Below are positions 11,270 through 24,401 of a stretch of 64,000 bases of DNA, piece by piece. The notes below the pieces were generated by a model, which was not told where the DNA came from, did not search any database, and saw only the letters and a program-made list of their open reading frames with translations. A program made the translations under genes and the position numbers. Source of the stretch: Strigamia acuminata (taxonomy: Eukaryota); NCBI GenBank assembly GCA_949358305.1, contig OX442314.1:24676001-24740000 (forward strand). Direction: 5' to 3'. The stretch's first letter is position 1, and each line of letters starts with the position of its first letter.

Positions 11270-13884
11270 GTTGCAATCGCACATACTACGGCGATCGGCA
11301 CAAGACATACACAATCGACATTGCCAAACCGCGGCAAGACAAGCTCCCCTACTACTGCGCACTCACTTTCATCGCAGGCGGCGGCGAACTGGGCGACATC
11401 GTCGAACTATCATTTGAGAAATTCAACATGGGTCGACTCGGATCCCACTTCAAAGACGGCTGCACCGCGGCCTACGTGCAGATCATCGAAAACAACCGTT
11501 CTCTGCACAGTGCCGGCGCATGGTGTGGACAAGGAATCCGCTGGAATGTTTACTACAGCGAAAGTAGCAACGTGACCGTGGTTTTGGTGGCCACAAACCT
11601 GACCGACGACGCCAACAGTCCTCCGTTCGAATTCAAAGTCAACTATCGATTCCTATCTCGGCTGGACGCCGTCACCAGGTACGGACTGGCAAACAGCATG
11701 CACCATCGAGGGGAACTCATCCCGGGAACGGTGTGTGACCGCAGTTACCACGACTGCGACTCGCAAATCTGTCGCGTCCAAAGCCCCAACTTCCCCGGCA
11801 TTTACCCCAGGAACGTCACCTGCTACTACCACATCACGCAGATAACTGTGCCCGAGAACAAATACGCCATGATAGCAGTTTCGCAGCGAAACGAAGAGAA
11901 ACTCAAAGTGAAGACGTCCCAAGCCCCGCACGAGAAGTACGGCGGCCCGTTCGGCTTCCAGCGATCCGGTTTGTGGTACGGCGAAGAGTGCCAGCACGAC
12001 TACGTCAAAGTCTACGACGGCGCCACGACCAACGACCCTCTGTGGCTCAAGTTCTGTCGTTCGGGGCCACTCCCGGAAATCATCTCGAGCGGTTCGGAAA
12101 TGCTGCTCGAATTCCACTCGATTCCCTACGACCACCCCGAGCTGCACAGTTTTGAATTAAACGTGGACGTTCGTTTCATCCCCGAAGACTCGTTGGGCAC
12201 TCGAATGGTTGATCACAAATGTGATTGGGTGATCAACAGCGAGCAAGCGCGTCACGGGGCTTTGTTCAGCTTGCAGCATTCCGCCCCGCCAGGTACCAAG
12301 TGTTCTTACCATTTAAGGGGAAACGAGCACGACATAATCTGGCTATATTTTGTCTACTTCTATGCGGAGACTCGCAGAGACAACAACGACGACCACCACG
12401 TAATCAGAATCGAATTATTCAACGGGCTAACGAACAACAGCACGGACAATGCGAGCTCAAACACGTTTTTAGACACGGCTCTCGGTGAAAAGGTTCCTCG
12501 AATATGCGCTCACGCGAGAAATTACCCAGACTACATTCCAGTCCGTCCATGCAAGTTACCGGAAGAGAGCTACTTGTCGACTCAACCGGAAATGTTTCTT
12601 CGTTACAGGATAATGGAAGGCGCGCGCTTAGATTTCGTGCGATTCGTTGCTCGCTACGAGTTCGTGGACACTTTCCAGCACGGGAACCCCGTCGCGGGCA
12701 GCGATTGCGACCGCATTTTCAGCGGAGAGCATTTGCGCAACGGCCGCTTCGCTTCGCCTCGAAACGTGTTCCTTTTCGGCCGAGGTGGTCACCCGAATTT
12801 GACGTGCACGTACACCTTCGTGGCCCGGCCGTCCGAGCGCGTTCGCATCACACTGCGCCGAATGAAAACCGGCCGCGGTCAATGCACCAACGAATACAAC
12901 CTGGACACGCGGCGCTACACGTGTCACCACGAGACGGACCAATCCCTCACGGAAATGCACTTGACCCAGTACATGTGGGGCGAAATCGCCATCCCCCTGG
13001 CGTGCATTTGCGAGGTCCACGCGCCCATAGACATCGAAACAGTGAGCTCCAAGTTGAAAATCACTTTCTCGCTCTCAAACATGAACTCCAAAGAGGATTT
13101 CAACGACTACTTCTTCGAGGCCGACTACGAATTCGTGCCCTACTCGGACTGCAGCACCGGGCACTACATGGCCGGCATGAGCGGCGAAATCCAAATCCAA
13201 TCGACCGAGCAACGCCGTGGTCTCACCTACGCGCCGAAATGCCCGTGGTTCATCGACGCAACCAACGACAAATACATCTACTTGCGCATCCACGGCATAA
13301 CCGAGCTGGAGGAATGCCGCACGACAAACCGCATCGCGGTCTTCAGCCCGGGCGAAATGGACCCGATGGCCGTCGTGTGCCCGGGCGACCCCGACACGTC
13401 GGGCTCGGTCGAGGTGTTCTCCAAAGCGTGGAACAAATCCGTCAAATCCCTGAGCAAACTCCATCACCACTCCACCTCGGCCACCAACAACAACCTCATA
13501 GTGGAGTTCATTGCCAACGAGCCGGGTTCGTACGCGGCCAAATGGCTCAAACTAGCAAAGCAAACAGGCGTCAAAGTGGTAGGTAAAGCAGCTTATCAAG
13601 ACGAATGTGCCCATGTTTGTCCAGAGCTCAACGCGTGCATCAGTTCCAGGCTGTGGTGCGACGGCAAAACGCACTGTCCTTCGGGTATTGACGAAGCCGA
13701 AGAGAACTGCCAACGCCATCAATTCCCGTGGCTCTACGTGGGCGTGGGCGGAGGGTTCGGTGCCTTCATCATAGTCATTGTCATCGTTGCCTTAGCCCGG
13801 CGCAAGAGGGAGACAACAGCTCAAAAGGGCCATCCAGTGCCCACCGATGATGTATCCATAGACGGCAAAGAGAGCGAGTGCTGA
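11270..13884 (+). CDS. LDLa/CUB transmembrane protein, second coding exon (about five CUB/CUB-like domains, LDLa, TM, short cytoplasmic tail); spliced product ~930 aa
   Basis: Acceptor CTTTTTATTTCTTCTCCAG at 11269 in phase 1, matching exon 8218-8395 (..QCT-R-CNRTYYG). CUB signatures QSPNFPGIYPRNVTCYY, CQHDYVKVYDG, FASPRN; LDLa CISSRLWCDGKTHCPSGIDE; TM WLYVGVGGGFGAFIIVIVIVALA followed by RRKR; strong C/G third-position bias. Confidence 0.93.
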
Positions 13885-14208
13885 CATGAGGACTCGGCTC
13901 ACAGCTATGTGAGCACTATACAAATGACTGAGAGGATTTATTATAATTTGCCTCACACTTGAGGCGGAGCAATAAGCTGCAACACAGGTGCAATTTTAGT
14001 GAGTTATATAGAGATGGATTACTCCTGTGGTCAGATATGAGCAAACTAGAAGAGAAACACATTGATTAAGTGCACTGCGAGTGAAGAGGAGGCTTTTTCA
14101 TCAGAGAATCCCCATTTCCCTCCCTCTTCTTCTTTACTTTTCTTTCTTTAAGAATAAAGGGTCTCTTTGTGGGTACAATGAGTTACGATCCATTCCTCAG
14201 TCGACCAG

Positions 14209-14234
14209 CTCTCTCTCTCTCTCTCTGTGTGTGT
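14209..14234. repeat. (CT)n(GT)n compound microsatellite in the 3' UTR
   Basis: CTCTCTCTCTCTCTCTCTGTGTGTGT read directly. Confidence 0.9.
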
Positions 14235-14970
14235 GGTGGAAGGAGCAAGTTTATTGATTCGAATAGCTCCAGACTTTCTTTCCTATCTTCCCTTTAGAGT
14301 AACGACTTGGCATCCAAATCGAGCCACCTGTGTGTCTAGGAGATTCTCACGCCCTCTGTAGGGAAAAGTAGACGATAAAATTAAAGAAAGACTGCTCTCT
14401 GTACGACCGTTCTAATGGAACAACAACGCATTTCCAACGTCGCCAAATAGAACCATTCAAAACCGACGCCGACTGCTGCAATTACATCTTCTCCTCGAGC
14501 CCCGTTGCAAAATATTCACACAAGTCACGCCCTCTTTCTGCTTATTCAAACGACACAGGTGCAACCAAACAAAAACTTCAAATCTGAATCTTATATATCA
14601 AGTGTGAACTTAAACTTTAAACGGGCGAACACTTGCATTTGTATAAAATTTCCCTTTCCATTTATTTTTTTTTCTCTTTTCTTCATTTTTTTTTTAACCA
14701 AAAACTTGAACAAGTGTGTTGTATATTGTTAAATGAGCGTTCTGTACAAAAAAAAAAGGTTTGAGGAACTTTGCGAAATAAGTGAATATACCATGCAACT
14801 CTAACTTCTGATTAAGTCGCCTTGTTACTTCGCATTAAGATACGAAAAATAAGTCCCCAAAGATGTTTGTTCAAGCGCCTTTTGTTTGTGCTTCAACAAT
14901 TCTGAAACAGACAGACAAACAAGAAGAAAACGCCAAGACGCGCTCGAGTCTGCAAAATTCAATTGGTGTA

Positions 14971-14976
14971 AATAAA
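14971..14976 (+). promoter_or_regulatory. Candidate polyadenylation signal of the LDLa-CUB gene
   Basis: AATAAA at 14971 (another at 15011), about 1.1 kb after the stop, where UTR-like sequence changes to very AT-rich DNA. Confidence 0.4.
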
Positions 14977-15821
14977 AGTACATTTACAATTGTAAACATT
15001 TTTTTAAATTAATAAAATGCAACATTGGAATAAAAATTAATTTAATTTTTTAAATTACTAACTGTATTTTCATTAAATCTGGATTAATATTACGGGGACA
15101 TAAATTTTAACGTTTAACTTTCCAACACTTTAGATTATTTGAATTCGAATTGCAAATACATTTCACAGAAAAACAATATAACCGTTAAAAAAAATTCATT
15201 CGAAACAAACTAAAAGAATGTAGCATGTAGTGTTTAATTAATCCACTCTATTCCAGTTGATTGTTCGTAATTGTTTCTGTCAGATCCAGCAGTTCTCCAA
15301 CAACTTATCAAATAAAAGGTAAGTAAATAAAATGCATTTATATCCTAAAACTAATAAAAATGAGGCACACTATCTTTTTTTTTTATTTATCTTAATCCAT
15401 TTTGCTCATTTGAGTTTGTATTTTGGAGTAGCTGCATTCAAAATGTCATTAAGTAGACTATCTAAATGCATATTTTAGACAGCCGTTTAAACAAAAATTT
15501 GCTTAAAGGTTGTTGAACTGCAATAGTTTTTAAAATACTCAGAAAGTCTGTTTATTTTGTTGTTTAAATTTAAATAATGTGCGCATGCCCACAACCAGTT
15601 CCAGTAAATTGACGGCATTTTTTAAAAGTTAGATCGAGACAATCCTCTGTTAAACTGACTAGATTAGGAATTCTCAAACTTTGTAACATTACGGCACACA
15701 TTTTACAAAGGCAATCTATCGCGACCCACTTCATCATTATTTCAGTGATACATATTGACTATTGCTATTGCGCCCCACCAAAAATCAGCTCGCCGCCCAC
15801 CAGTGAAGATCAAATAACACT

Positions 15822-16356
15822 AGGCGCATTCGTAAAGGAATTTAGACTAATCAGCATTTTAAACAACACATTTAAACTGCTTTTGAAACTACTTGTCTCA
15901 ATCTAACTTCAAAAATGGCAGCGGATTTAGTTTGTTTTCAGTTGCAGCGGGCAGCAAATTTACAAACTGCAAGCGCTTTAGGAATCCCTGTGTTGATTTC
16001 GTAGCCAGGAATGACTAAAGCATCAATAGTTCGAACAGCATTGAAATTTTGAATTTATCGTCTGTGTTCGCTTTGTTTGACCCAGTTAAGGTGAGGTGAG
16101 GTGAGCGCAATCTGAGCAGGGAACTTGCCTTCCTGCGTTATTAATTCTGTTAGCTGCATTAGTCACTCTTGGCCACAAAGATTCCTAAAGCGACTGTAGT
16201 TTGTAAATATGCCAGCGGGCATGCACACAGCATTTAAACAACAAAATATGTTGAACTGCAAGTTAAAACACAACTTTATAAAAGCACTTACTAAATTTGC
16301 AATCAAAATTTGGAATTTAAATAAGTTTAGTGCTAAATAAACTTTGCGAATGAAGC
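15822..16356. mobile_element. Degenerate MITE with AGGCGCATTCG-type terminus
   Basis: Left TIR at 15822; internal inverted repeat TTACAAACTGCAAGCGCTTTAGGAATC / GATTCCTAAAGCGACTGTAGTTTGTAA; decayed right end. Confidence 0.55.
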
Positions 16357-16392
16357 AAGCGTAAATATTGAAACACCGAAACCATTCAATTA

Positions 16393-16559
16393 AGCCTGGT
16401 TCACACTTGCTACAATGAGCTGCGATTGGCTGCAGAAAAAAAATCGCACGGAAATATATAAATATTTCCTATTTTTCCATGCAATCTTTTTCCGCAGCCA
16501 ATCACAGCAAACCTCAGCTGCAACAATTCCGCAGCGTATCCGCAATTGTGAACCAGGCT
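16393..16559. mobile_element. PIF/Harbinger-type MITE
   Basis: TTA|AGCCTGGTTCACACTTGC ... GCAATTGTGAACCAGGCT|TTA. Confidence 0.85.
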
Positions 16560-18029
16560 TTAGTACCCGTAAGATCATCTGCTAACAAAAGTGTATGCCC
16601 ACAGACTTTTCTGTGTGTATAGACTTGAGACCGGTTAAAAAAAACGACCGATCACAAATTGTCAAGACCGATCGCTACTTTCTGTGCCTGGAAACGAAGA
16701 TCAGCTTTCCGTTGCATCGACACGCCAGAAAATTAATTCTTTATGTCACAGATCATATCTCATAGACATTCCGAGACTGGAATGAAATTTGAGAGAACCA
16801 GTTTTTTCTGTAGGCAAAATTTCTGTGGGCAGACTGGTTTCCTACATAGAAAACTGCTTATGAGTACTAAGCGTTAGCCAGGACCAGGACTCACCCCTGC
16901 TCTTACTTCATTTTCCTGATCTATCACCGCTTCAAACTGTTCGTCGTGGAAATGTCGTAAAGTGGGACAAAAACTTATCCAGCGCCGGCTTTTTAAAAAG
17001 TCGGTTTATGACATTGACCGACGACTTATCGTCAAAATGACGTCATTTCCAGCTTTGAAAAGCAGTAAAGTGAAAAGATTTTAAACGCACCTAAACTTTT
17101 TATGAGTTTTACATTACAAACTCTATATAGACTACGTTATCAGTTGTGCGAGAAAACCCAGATTGCATACTTTCATCCAAATTATCCCTAGCTTTACTTT
17201 TTCCCATACACACACTTTTATTATCTCAAAACAAACGAGAGTAATATATTTTTCAAAAATGTTGTTCGCACTATTTTATACATTTTTCTGGCAAATCACT
17301 CGACTCAGATTGAGGAGCCCCCACGTCCAAAACGTCGAACTTGGCACTGAAATATCACTTTTCACGATGAATTATTTTATATGTAAAAATGACTGCATTT
17401 CTATTCCAGTGTTGGCAAAATGAAAAATTTGTTAGTCGGCCATTCATCTCCGTAAATCGCAGCCGCCTGTCGGGTAATTGAAGTGCAATAATTCTTCGTT
17501 GAAGGGGATGTTGAAGGAGTGTGGGGTTATATTATATCACAAGGCAATCAAATCTCGCGCAAACACAAGCTCCGTTCACATTGCCATCCATCCGGCATTG
17601 GTCTGACCAACCAGTAATAAATTGTACTCTTGTTTTAATAGCCCTACAATCACACTGGCTTGCCACGCTGGCCACCACAACGACTGCAAGAGCAAATCAG
17701 GCAACAAATCAAGTGCAATTTTAGCCCCGCAGCCACCGACGCGTAAATCTCTCCACGTTGATTGATCTTAAAAATCACCCGCCCACTGGTCACAAAACCC
17801 AGCATCAAATCGATTCCTGCTGTATATCACCGACCCTACTCACGTAAGCAAAGCAAGTTTCTTCAGCATTCCAAATCTCGCAATACATTCTACGAAACGA
17901 CACTACTCTGATCTCTTAAAGTGCGGACAACATCGCTTCCTAATTTGTCTCGTACCCATTCCCACGTTGTTTGTCACTTTGTTTCTTTGTCGCGGAGTCC
18001 TAAGCTATGACAAATATGGGGCCCTAACA

Positions 18030-18264
18030 TGTTTTCAAGGCGCGCTGTGATTGGTTGAGAGCTAACGATGGCGCTTCGTTTCGTCAATGTAAGTTTTCTC
18101 ATATCGATGTATTTCCAGGTGTTAGTTTCTTTTTTTCTAAAAGGGGGGGCCTAGCCCCCCCCTTGACCTAACCTTATCTGTTTTTAGCAATGTAGACAGA
18201 ACGGAGTTTTTCGTCAATGTAATTCAATGCATCTCTCAACCAACCACAGCGCGCCTTGAAAACA
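18030..18264. mobile_element. Inverted-repeat element (TGTTTTCAAGGCGCGCTGTG arms)
   Basis: ~32-bp inverted arms; superfamily not determined. Confidence 0.6.
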
Positions 18265-18719
18265 ATACGTTTACGTCGGACGTGAACGTACCCACTTCGT
18301 TAAAAAATTTTAATCTAGATAATTCCAATTCAGTTGTGTGAACTAGATAATTGCCAATGAACTAGATTATCGCCAAGGTCATTTCCTAGGCTAGATCAAC
18401 CCTCAGTCAAGCACGATAAAATTTTTGTTGGGGCTTATTATTACGGTATTGACTCTTTCTAATCTTTGAGCCATCAAATCAACAGATTTTTTAGTAATAT
18501 TTGGAGGGATATTACCTACAGCATATCTATGGCTCATAGATGTGCATCTGGAACCCATACACTATCCACTTTGTAATCCTGATGCAGACACACAAATTTG
18601 TGACCAGATAAGTTTGACTACAAATTTTTCACCAAAATGGTCTTAAAACTTCTGTTGCCAAGATTCCTTCTACAAAATGTTGAGTCCCTCACCCTGACTA
18701 GCCATTATATCAAAAATTG

Positions 18720-18905
18720 AACCTCCACCTAAATCTGCTCAAGGGCAAGAAAACTGTGATTATGAAGATTCTTCTACTTTCTTGCAAATTTTTTCAATAA
18801 ATTTGATATCCATTCGAGCAAAATTTATTGAAAAAATGTGTAAGAAAGTTGGAGAAGCTTCGTAATCACAGTTTCCATGCCCTAGTGCAGATTTAGGTGG
18901 AGGGT
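18720..18905. repeat. Fold-back palindrome (~83-bp arms), probable MITE
   Basis: CCTCCACCTAAATCTGC...CAATAAATTT / AAATTTATTG...GCAGATTTAGGTGGAGG. Confidence 0.8.
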
Positions 18906-19855
18906 TAGAAATTGGAAATTGGAAAATATCATGTTTCATGCTACACCCTACGTGTTGTTTAAAAATGCGCTTCTATAAAATATTGATATAATGGTAGTTT
19001 AGGAAAAACTACTCAGTATCGAAAATCAAACAAAACTTATAGCGAATTCTAAAATGTTGGTAAGAAATATAAATACCACAAACATCTATAAGAGTGTTTG
19101 TATGAATCTCCAGCCCTGATGCACGCCATTTTCCTTTTGCTACAACCTCTTTAAACACAATAAGCCTGGACGGTAAAGCATATTCAAATATTCAAACACA
19201 ACTTTAAGAATTCAAACAACTCAGAAATGGATCAATATTCAATCTACTCAGTTTCTTCCTTAAAAACATTAATTTAATACTTGGCTTGAACTTCGCAAAT
19301 ATTTATTAAATTTTGCTCAAATTATATACGACTGAAGCTGACTGTGATGCACAGGTTCACTTAAAAGCTCAGAAACCACGCAGCCGTTAATATTAATAAC
19401 ACAGACATCACTTGTGTTCAGGAGAACTCATAAACCTAACAATTGCATCATTCTTCAGCTCTTAATACAAAGTGAAATGATCTGCAACCGATATCTGACT
19501 TGCACTGAACGCAGAATTATAATTAACTTAGCCAACGAATAATTAACTTATTACGCTGCAAAGTTAATAATTATACCCTTTAAGTAATCATTACTTCCTT
19601 TTATTCTACCAATTTTCACTCTCGAATCTTCCTCAACAGAGTAGTGTGCACAATTCACTTACAAGTTAGTCACAGTTCAAAACATGACCTTGCACACATT
19701 AAAAATACAATAACTTAAAACATTTAGTCTGGGTTAAATATAATTCCAATGTATTTTCCAACCTTATGAGCACACTAAATTAGCCGCCATTCTAGTTAGA
19801 TCACGGTAACCCTCAATTAAACACCCCAAATTTGCTTGTTTAAAAATGTTCTTTA

Positions 19856-20524
19856 CCGTATTTTACCGATTAAGAGTCGCCCTCGAATTGTAGCCGCGGC
19901 TGAGACACCAAGAATACCGTATTTTTGCAAAAGTACGGTATTGTTTCCGTATTTAACCTCACGTACGCTTCGTTCAGACTCCGTTTGTTACAATAACCCT
20001 TCCAACCCTGAGATGGGTCATTTTGTAACCCTGTTTTAAAAAAATCATTATTTTTATAAGAAATAATTTTTTTTTTTCTCTGATTTTTGCTGACTATTCC
20101 TTTGAAACATCACTAGACACTATACCACAGTTGAATTTTTTTTAATTTTTTAAGTTTTTCTATAATTTGAACTCAAAGTTTAACTGGGTCAAAAAAGACC
20201 CATCTTAGGAGTCCAAAGGACATAAATCATGATCATCAGCAGGCTCCGCTAATGTCAATCATTGCCACCAGGTGTTGCGGCGGCCATCTTTGTTGTTGTC
20301 AAAAACATATGTTGGCCAAATTCCTTCGGAAATCCCTAAAACCCGGATTTTGCGCATGCGCAGAATCCGGGTCACAAAATGCCCATCTTAGGGAGAGATG
20401 GGAGGCCAATTCTTTTGGGTTGGAAGGGTTAAACAAATGTAACAAACGAAAAACCAAAATTGTAATTGCTGACAAAAATGGCAGTTTTGAATAAAAGCCG
20501 CGGCTCTTAATCGATAAAATACAG
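19856..20524 (-). mobile_element. Tc2/pogo-like MITE family C interrupted by a piggyBac-like MITE
   Basis: Both TIRs and TA flanks present; the halves rejoin at ACATTAAACAAATG as in the 5964 copy. Confidence 0.85.
19997..20428. mobile_element. piggyBac-like MITE
   Basis: 12-bp TIR CCCTTCCAACCC/GGGTTGGAAGGG; flanks ATAA/TTAA where the empty-site copy has TTAA. Confidence 0.8.
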
Positions 20525-21271
20525 TAGTCTAAATGACTTATCGAATTCAACTTATTGTTTATGTTGTTATAGTATCTGAATGCCTGTTTCCAAAATAAAT
20601 TTCTCTGCCAAAAATCGTCATTTTTTCGATTAACTTTTTTTCATTTTTTTTGCAGAAATAAACCTGAGTTTGCGAGCGCGGGGCCAAGTGTGGCCGCACT
20701 GCCCACGCAGCGTAAAGTAGCCTCCGGCTGCCACATTTAAGTGAATCATGATGACAGTCCTGACAGGATGCTTTTTGATGATGTCTATTCTATACTCTTG
20801 TTTTCACTTTTTTCTTTTTAAATTAATGTTGGGGCTGTTGGCTAAAGGTGTGGTTCCATAAAGATATAAAAATATAGCAGCTCGCTTGTTGAACCACCAG
20901 CTTGCACATCGGCTTAAGTTTGAAAAAACAGCTCTGCACATTTTCATACAAGCGTGAATATACATTGCCCATTTCCAAATTCAAGTTGTAACGTGCGATA
21001 ATAATGGATTTAATAAACCATTCAAAAGGCACCTTTAGCAAATCCTAAATGTAATTTAAATCCAAAAAAATAAAGGCTTTTTAAAATCACACTTTACCAT
21101 CTTCACCTTTATGTAAGTGTCATGTGACTAGCAATCCAGAACTGCTTCACCAGAAAAGTAATGTGCTATATGCTGTCGCTTCTTTTGAAGAAAGAACAGT
21201 GTTAGCAGTAGGCGGTTTTTCTTTATACAGTAGAGCATTGATTATCCAAACATGCAAACGACTGGTTAACT

Positions 21272-21386
21272 CAGGGGTCGGCAACCTTTTGAGACGGAAG
21301 AGTCAAAAGTTACAATTTAGGATTAGGATTAGGATTAGGTATATAGTTATCTGGACATCGAAAGAGCCGCAGGTTGCCGACCCCTG
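21272..21386. mobile_element. hAT (Charlie/Buster-like) MITE
   Basis: TIR CAGGGGTCGGCAACCT; 8-bp TSD GGTTAACT/GATTAACT. Confidence 0.85.
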
Positions 21387-24300
21387 GATTAACTGAACAG
21401 CAATGATAGATGTTTTATCGACTTTTTAATCCATTTTTGTCGATTTTTCAGTAGGTTTTTATTGATTTTTTTTGTTTTAGTATACAATGTAGTACCGTAA
21501 CGCTTCAAATAAACACCTGGGTGTTTATTTTTTTTTGGACTTGACACCCCTGCCCCCTCCCCGGCGCCTATTTGAACCCCGGTGCTTATTCGGTCCTGAC
21601 AATTTTTTTTTTTAAAAATTCACAAATTTTTCAAAAAAAAAAAGAAGGATGATTTCCTTGTAAAAATCGATGATTTTTATAAGAAAATGAATCATTAATA
21701 TCAGCACAAAATCACCAACTTTTTTGTGTCAACCAGGCGCTTATTGTCTCTAGTGACTTCCCAGGCGGTTAAACTACTGGGTTGGCTATGCTATTTTCAG
21801 TTATAGTGTATGCTCAGTTTTCTACTATATTTATTGGCAGAAAGGGAAAAAGTACCTGCCACAAACTCTGTATTATTTTTTCTACCGCTACTTTCGCACA
21901 AAGTAGCTAGAAAACACTACATATTGCTCCTTTTCATTGCAATTTTCACTTCATTCCCAATGCTTTTTGATGCCATGGTGGACAAACTTAAAACAGCTGT
22001 ACCGAAGAAAAGTTCTTTTTTCTCTCTACGATCACAAACTGATCTTAGATGATACACGTTTTTCCACTTTGGGTTCGTGAATTGTCATCTTCCGCTTCCA
22101 TAAAAATCGCCAGGCGGTTTACAAAATCCACCACAACACTGATGAATTTACCGGATTTCTCTGGTTTCCCGTCACTATGAAAATGCACCTCAACAGACAT
22201 AAAATGCTTACTCACATCATGTCATTTTTTCTTGAAGAAGCTTATTGTTTATTACATAGAGTAAGTGCGTTGAATTTATGAAAGGGAAAGTCACTTCTCC
22301 ATATTTTTCATTTTAACGAATACTTTAATTTGTCAAATAAATATGCATTTGGTAACTTCGACTTACGATTAATTTCCAAATTTGCCGCCAATTATACCAT
22401 CAAACTAAAAGAAACAACCGCACATGCGCAATCCATAAAATTATGATGTAATGCAATTTGGCTCCGCCCACAATAACAAAACTAAAAATTTACAGCATGT
22501 TACCAAAATATTCTTGCTTTCTTTCCATTATGTGCAACAAGCATGTGCAGAATGTGATGCGCAGTTTCAATTTGGCATCAAGATACCGGGTGCAAACTAC
22601 AGCCAATGGAGGCACAAAAAAAGGGATCCACTACACCAGACACTTCATTTCGATGTTCAAAACACACTTAGGATGCCGAAGTGACTGTTCCTTAAAGAAA
22701 TTGAACGCACCTACTGTTGTAATTACTTTCCAACATTTGCATTTAGATACTTACATTACTTTTTTCCACTCTTCAGCCTGAAGAAGTGCTCTAGCCGCTC
22801 TCTTAACCTGCAATCAAATAACCAAAAAAATTAATCTAAAAATTACCTTCAGTTCTCTCCAAGATCAAATATCAACAAAATTGTGAGTTCTACATAATAA
22901 AATCTTTATTCAAGCCATAAAAAAATCCTATCAAATTCATGTAACGCAAATTAAAGCTCGAGGGTCTGAAATTGCCAGCCAAGACGTGCCGTGGCAAAGG
23001 TGTAATGAAGGAAACTTAAAGTTTGTCTACGCTCTTCAAAGAAAAAATAGTCGCGCATAGTCTTAGCAGCAAAATTGCAAGTCATTGTGCAAGCAGTAGA
23101 AATTGTGTGGCGCTAATTGCTTCGATTGCCAGTGCCAATCCCAAAGGGCACAGCGCTCCCATCGGTACAGTTCGCTTTTTACCTTTTTTTCCACCTGACT
23201 CGGTATGCCGAGAACGGATGAAGAGTCGATGGCGTTCGTCCCGAGGGTGACGATGGTGGAACAAAGGGAAGAAATTTCATTTGAATATAATTAGGAAACA
23301 CGCACATAACGAAGAGATGAAAGAGCGACAAATAAAAGCGGCTACGTCGGTTGTTATCGAGTTGTATATTGTGTTGTTCGTTTCCTCGTGCTCATAACAC
23401 GTTGTTTATCACGCACAAATTGCCATGTTTTCTTAGCGATCTTATCTCCCGTTATGAACTCGGACTTTCACAACGCTACGGTTCACTCAAGTCAGTTCCT
23501 CGGAGCAGAAAATATGGCAATCCCTTACACTTACCAAGCCTTGGATTCACGAGGTAATGAAGCGGAACAAGCATAAAGCCCCACAGCATCTTCGAGTGCT
23601 ACCATCCAACCACTTGAGTTGGCCCGACTGGCGATTGTGTTATGGCCACACTCAAAAGCTAACACCAACAACGCTCGATGCAATTAAAACTGAAACCCAC
23701 TACAAACAAACAAATGAAACTTCCATTACAAGGGTTAACCATCTTCACTTTTTATAGTTCCTTTTACCAACTCGGCAAAACATTATCGATAAGTGTGCGC
23801 TACGCTTCGGTGGAAATGACTTAAAGTGCAACAAACAACTCGAGATTAATGCAAATAAATTGCCGATACTTCACTTCGCTTTGCTTCTCTTCGTTTCCAA
23901 TGTTTGTTTTTCTCGACAATCGGCAAACACTATTTATTTAATATTTACCCCGCAAAGATACAAATGTAAAAGTTTCTGTTGGTATAGACAGCAAAAACAG
24001 AAAAATATGGTAAACTTATTGATAGTTTAGCGTAAATGCCAATTAAAAGTTCCTCATTTTGACCAAATGGCCCACAACATCATTCATTGTTTTCGCTTTT
24101 TTTTGTGATCGATGCTTCACCATGAAGCACGACAACAATTGGCAATTCTATCTTGGTTGTAAAAATCAAAAGCAGGCATAAAACCACTTCTTAAACCACT
24201 CAAAGCTGTCGTTTCTGGTTTTGCACTTTTTGATAATGTGTTCATTTTGTGACACATTCGGTGCATTCGAAAAGTCATTTGCACTAAACGATCAGTGTGC

Positions 24301-24401
24301 AATTGGTAGTGTAAATGTCAAGTTAAACGACCCGATTTTCAAGTTTAAAAATAAATTTCTGTATAAATTTCAGTAGCTGCATTCAAAAACTCTAAAACGC
24401 C

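Noticed and set aside
12504..13586. 360-aa alternative-frame ORF and other ORFs overlapping the CUB exon
   Set aside because: Arg/Pro/His-rich shadow ORFs expected from high GC3; no recognisable domain.
13882..13965. Selenocysteine recoding (Cys-UGA with ATGA...TGA downstream)
   Set aside because: The candidate lacks a properly spaced apical AA and a good helix II, and lies too close to the UGA to be a SECIS.
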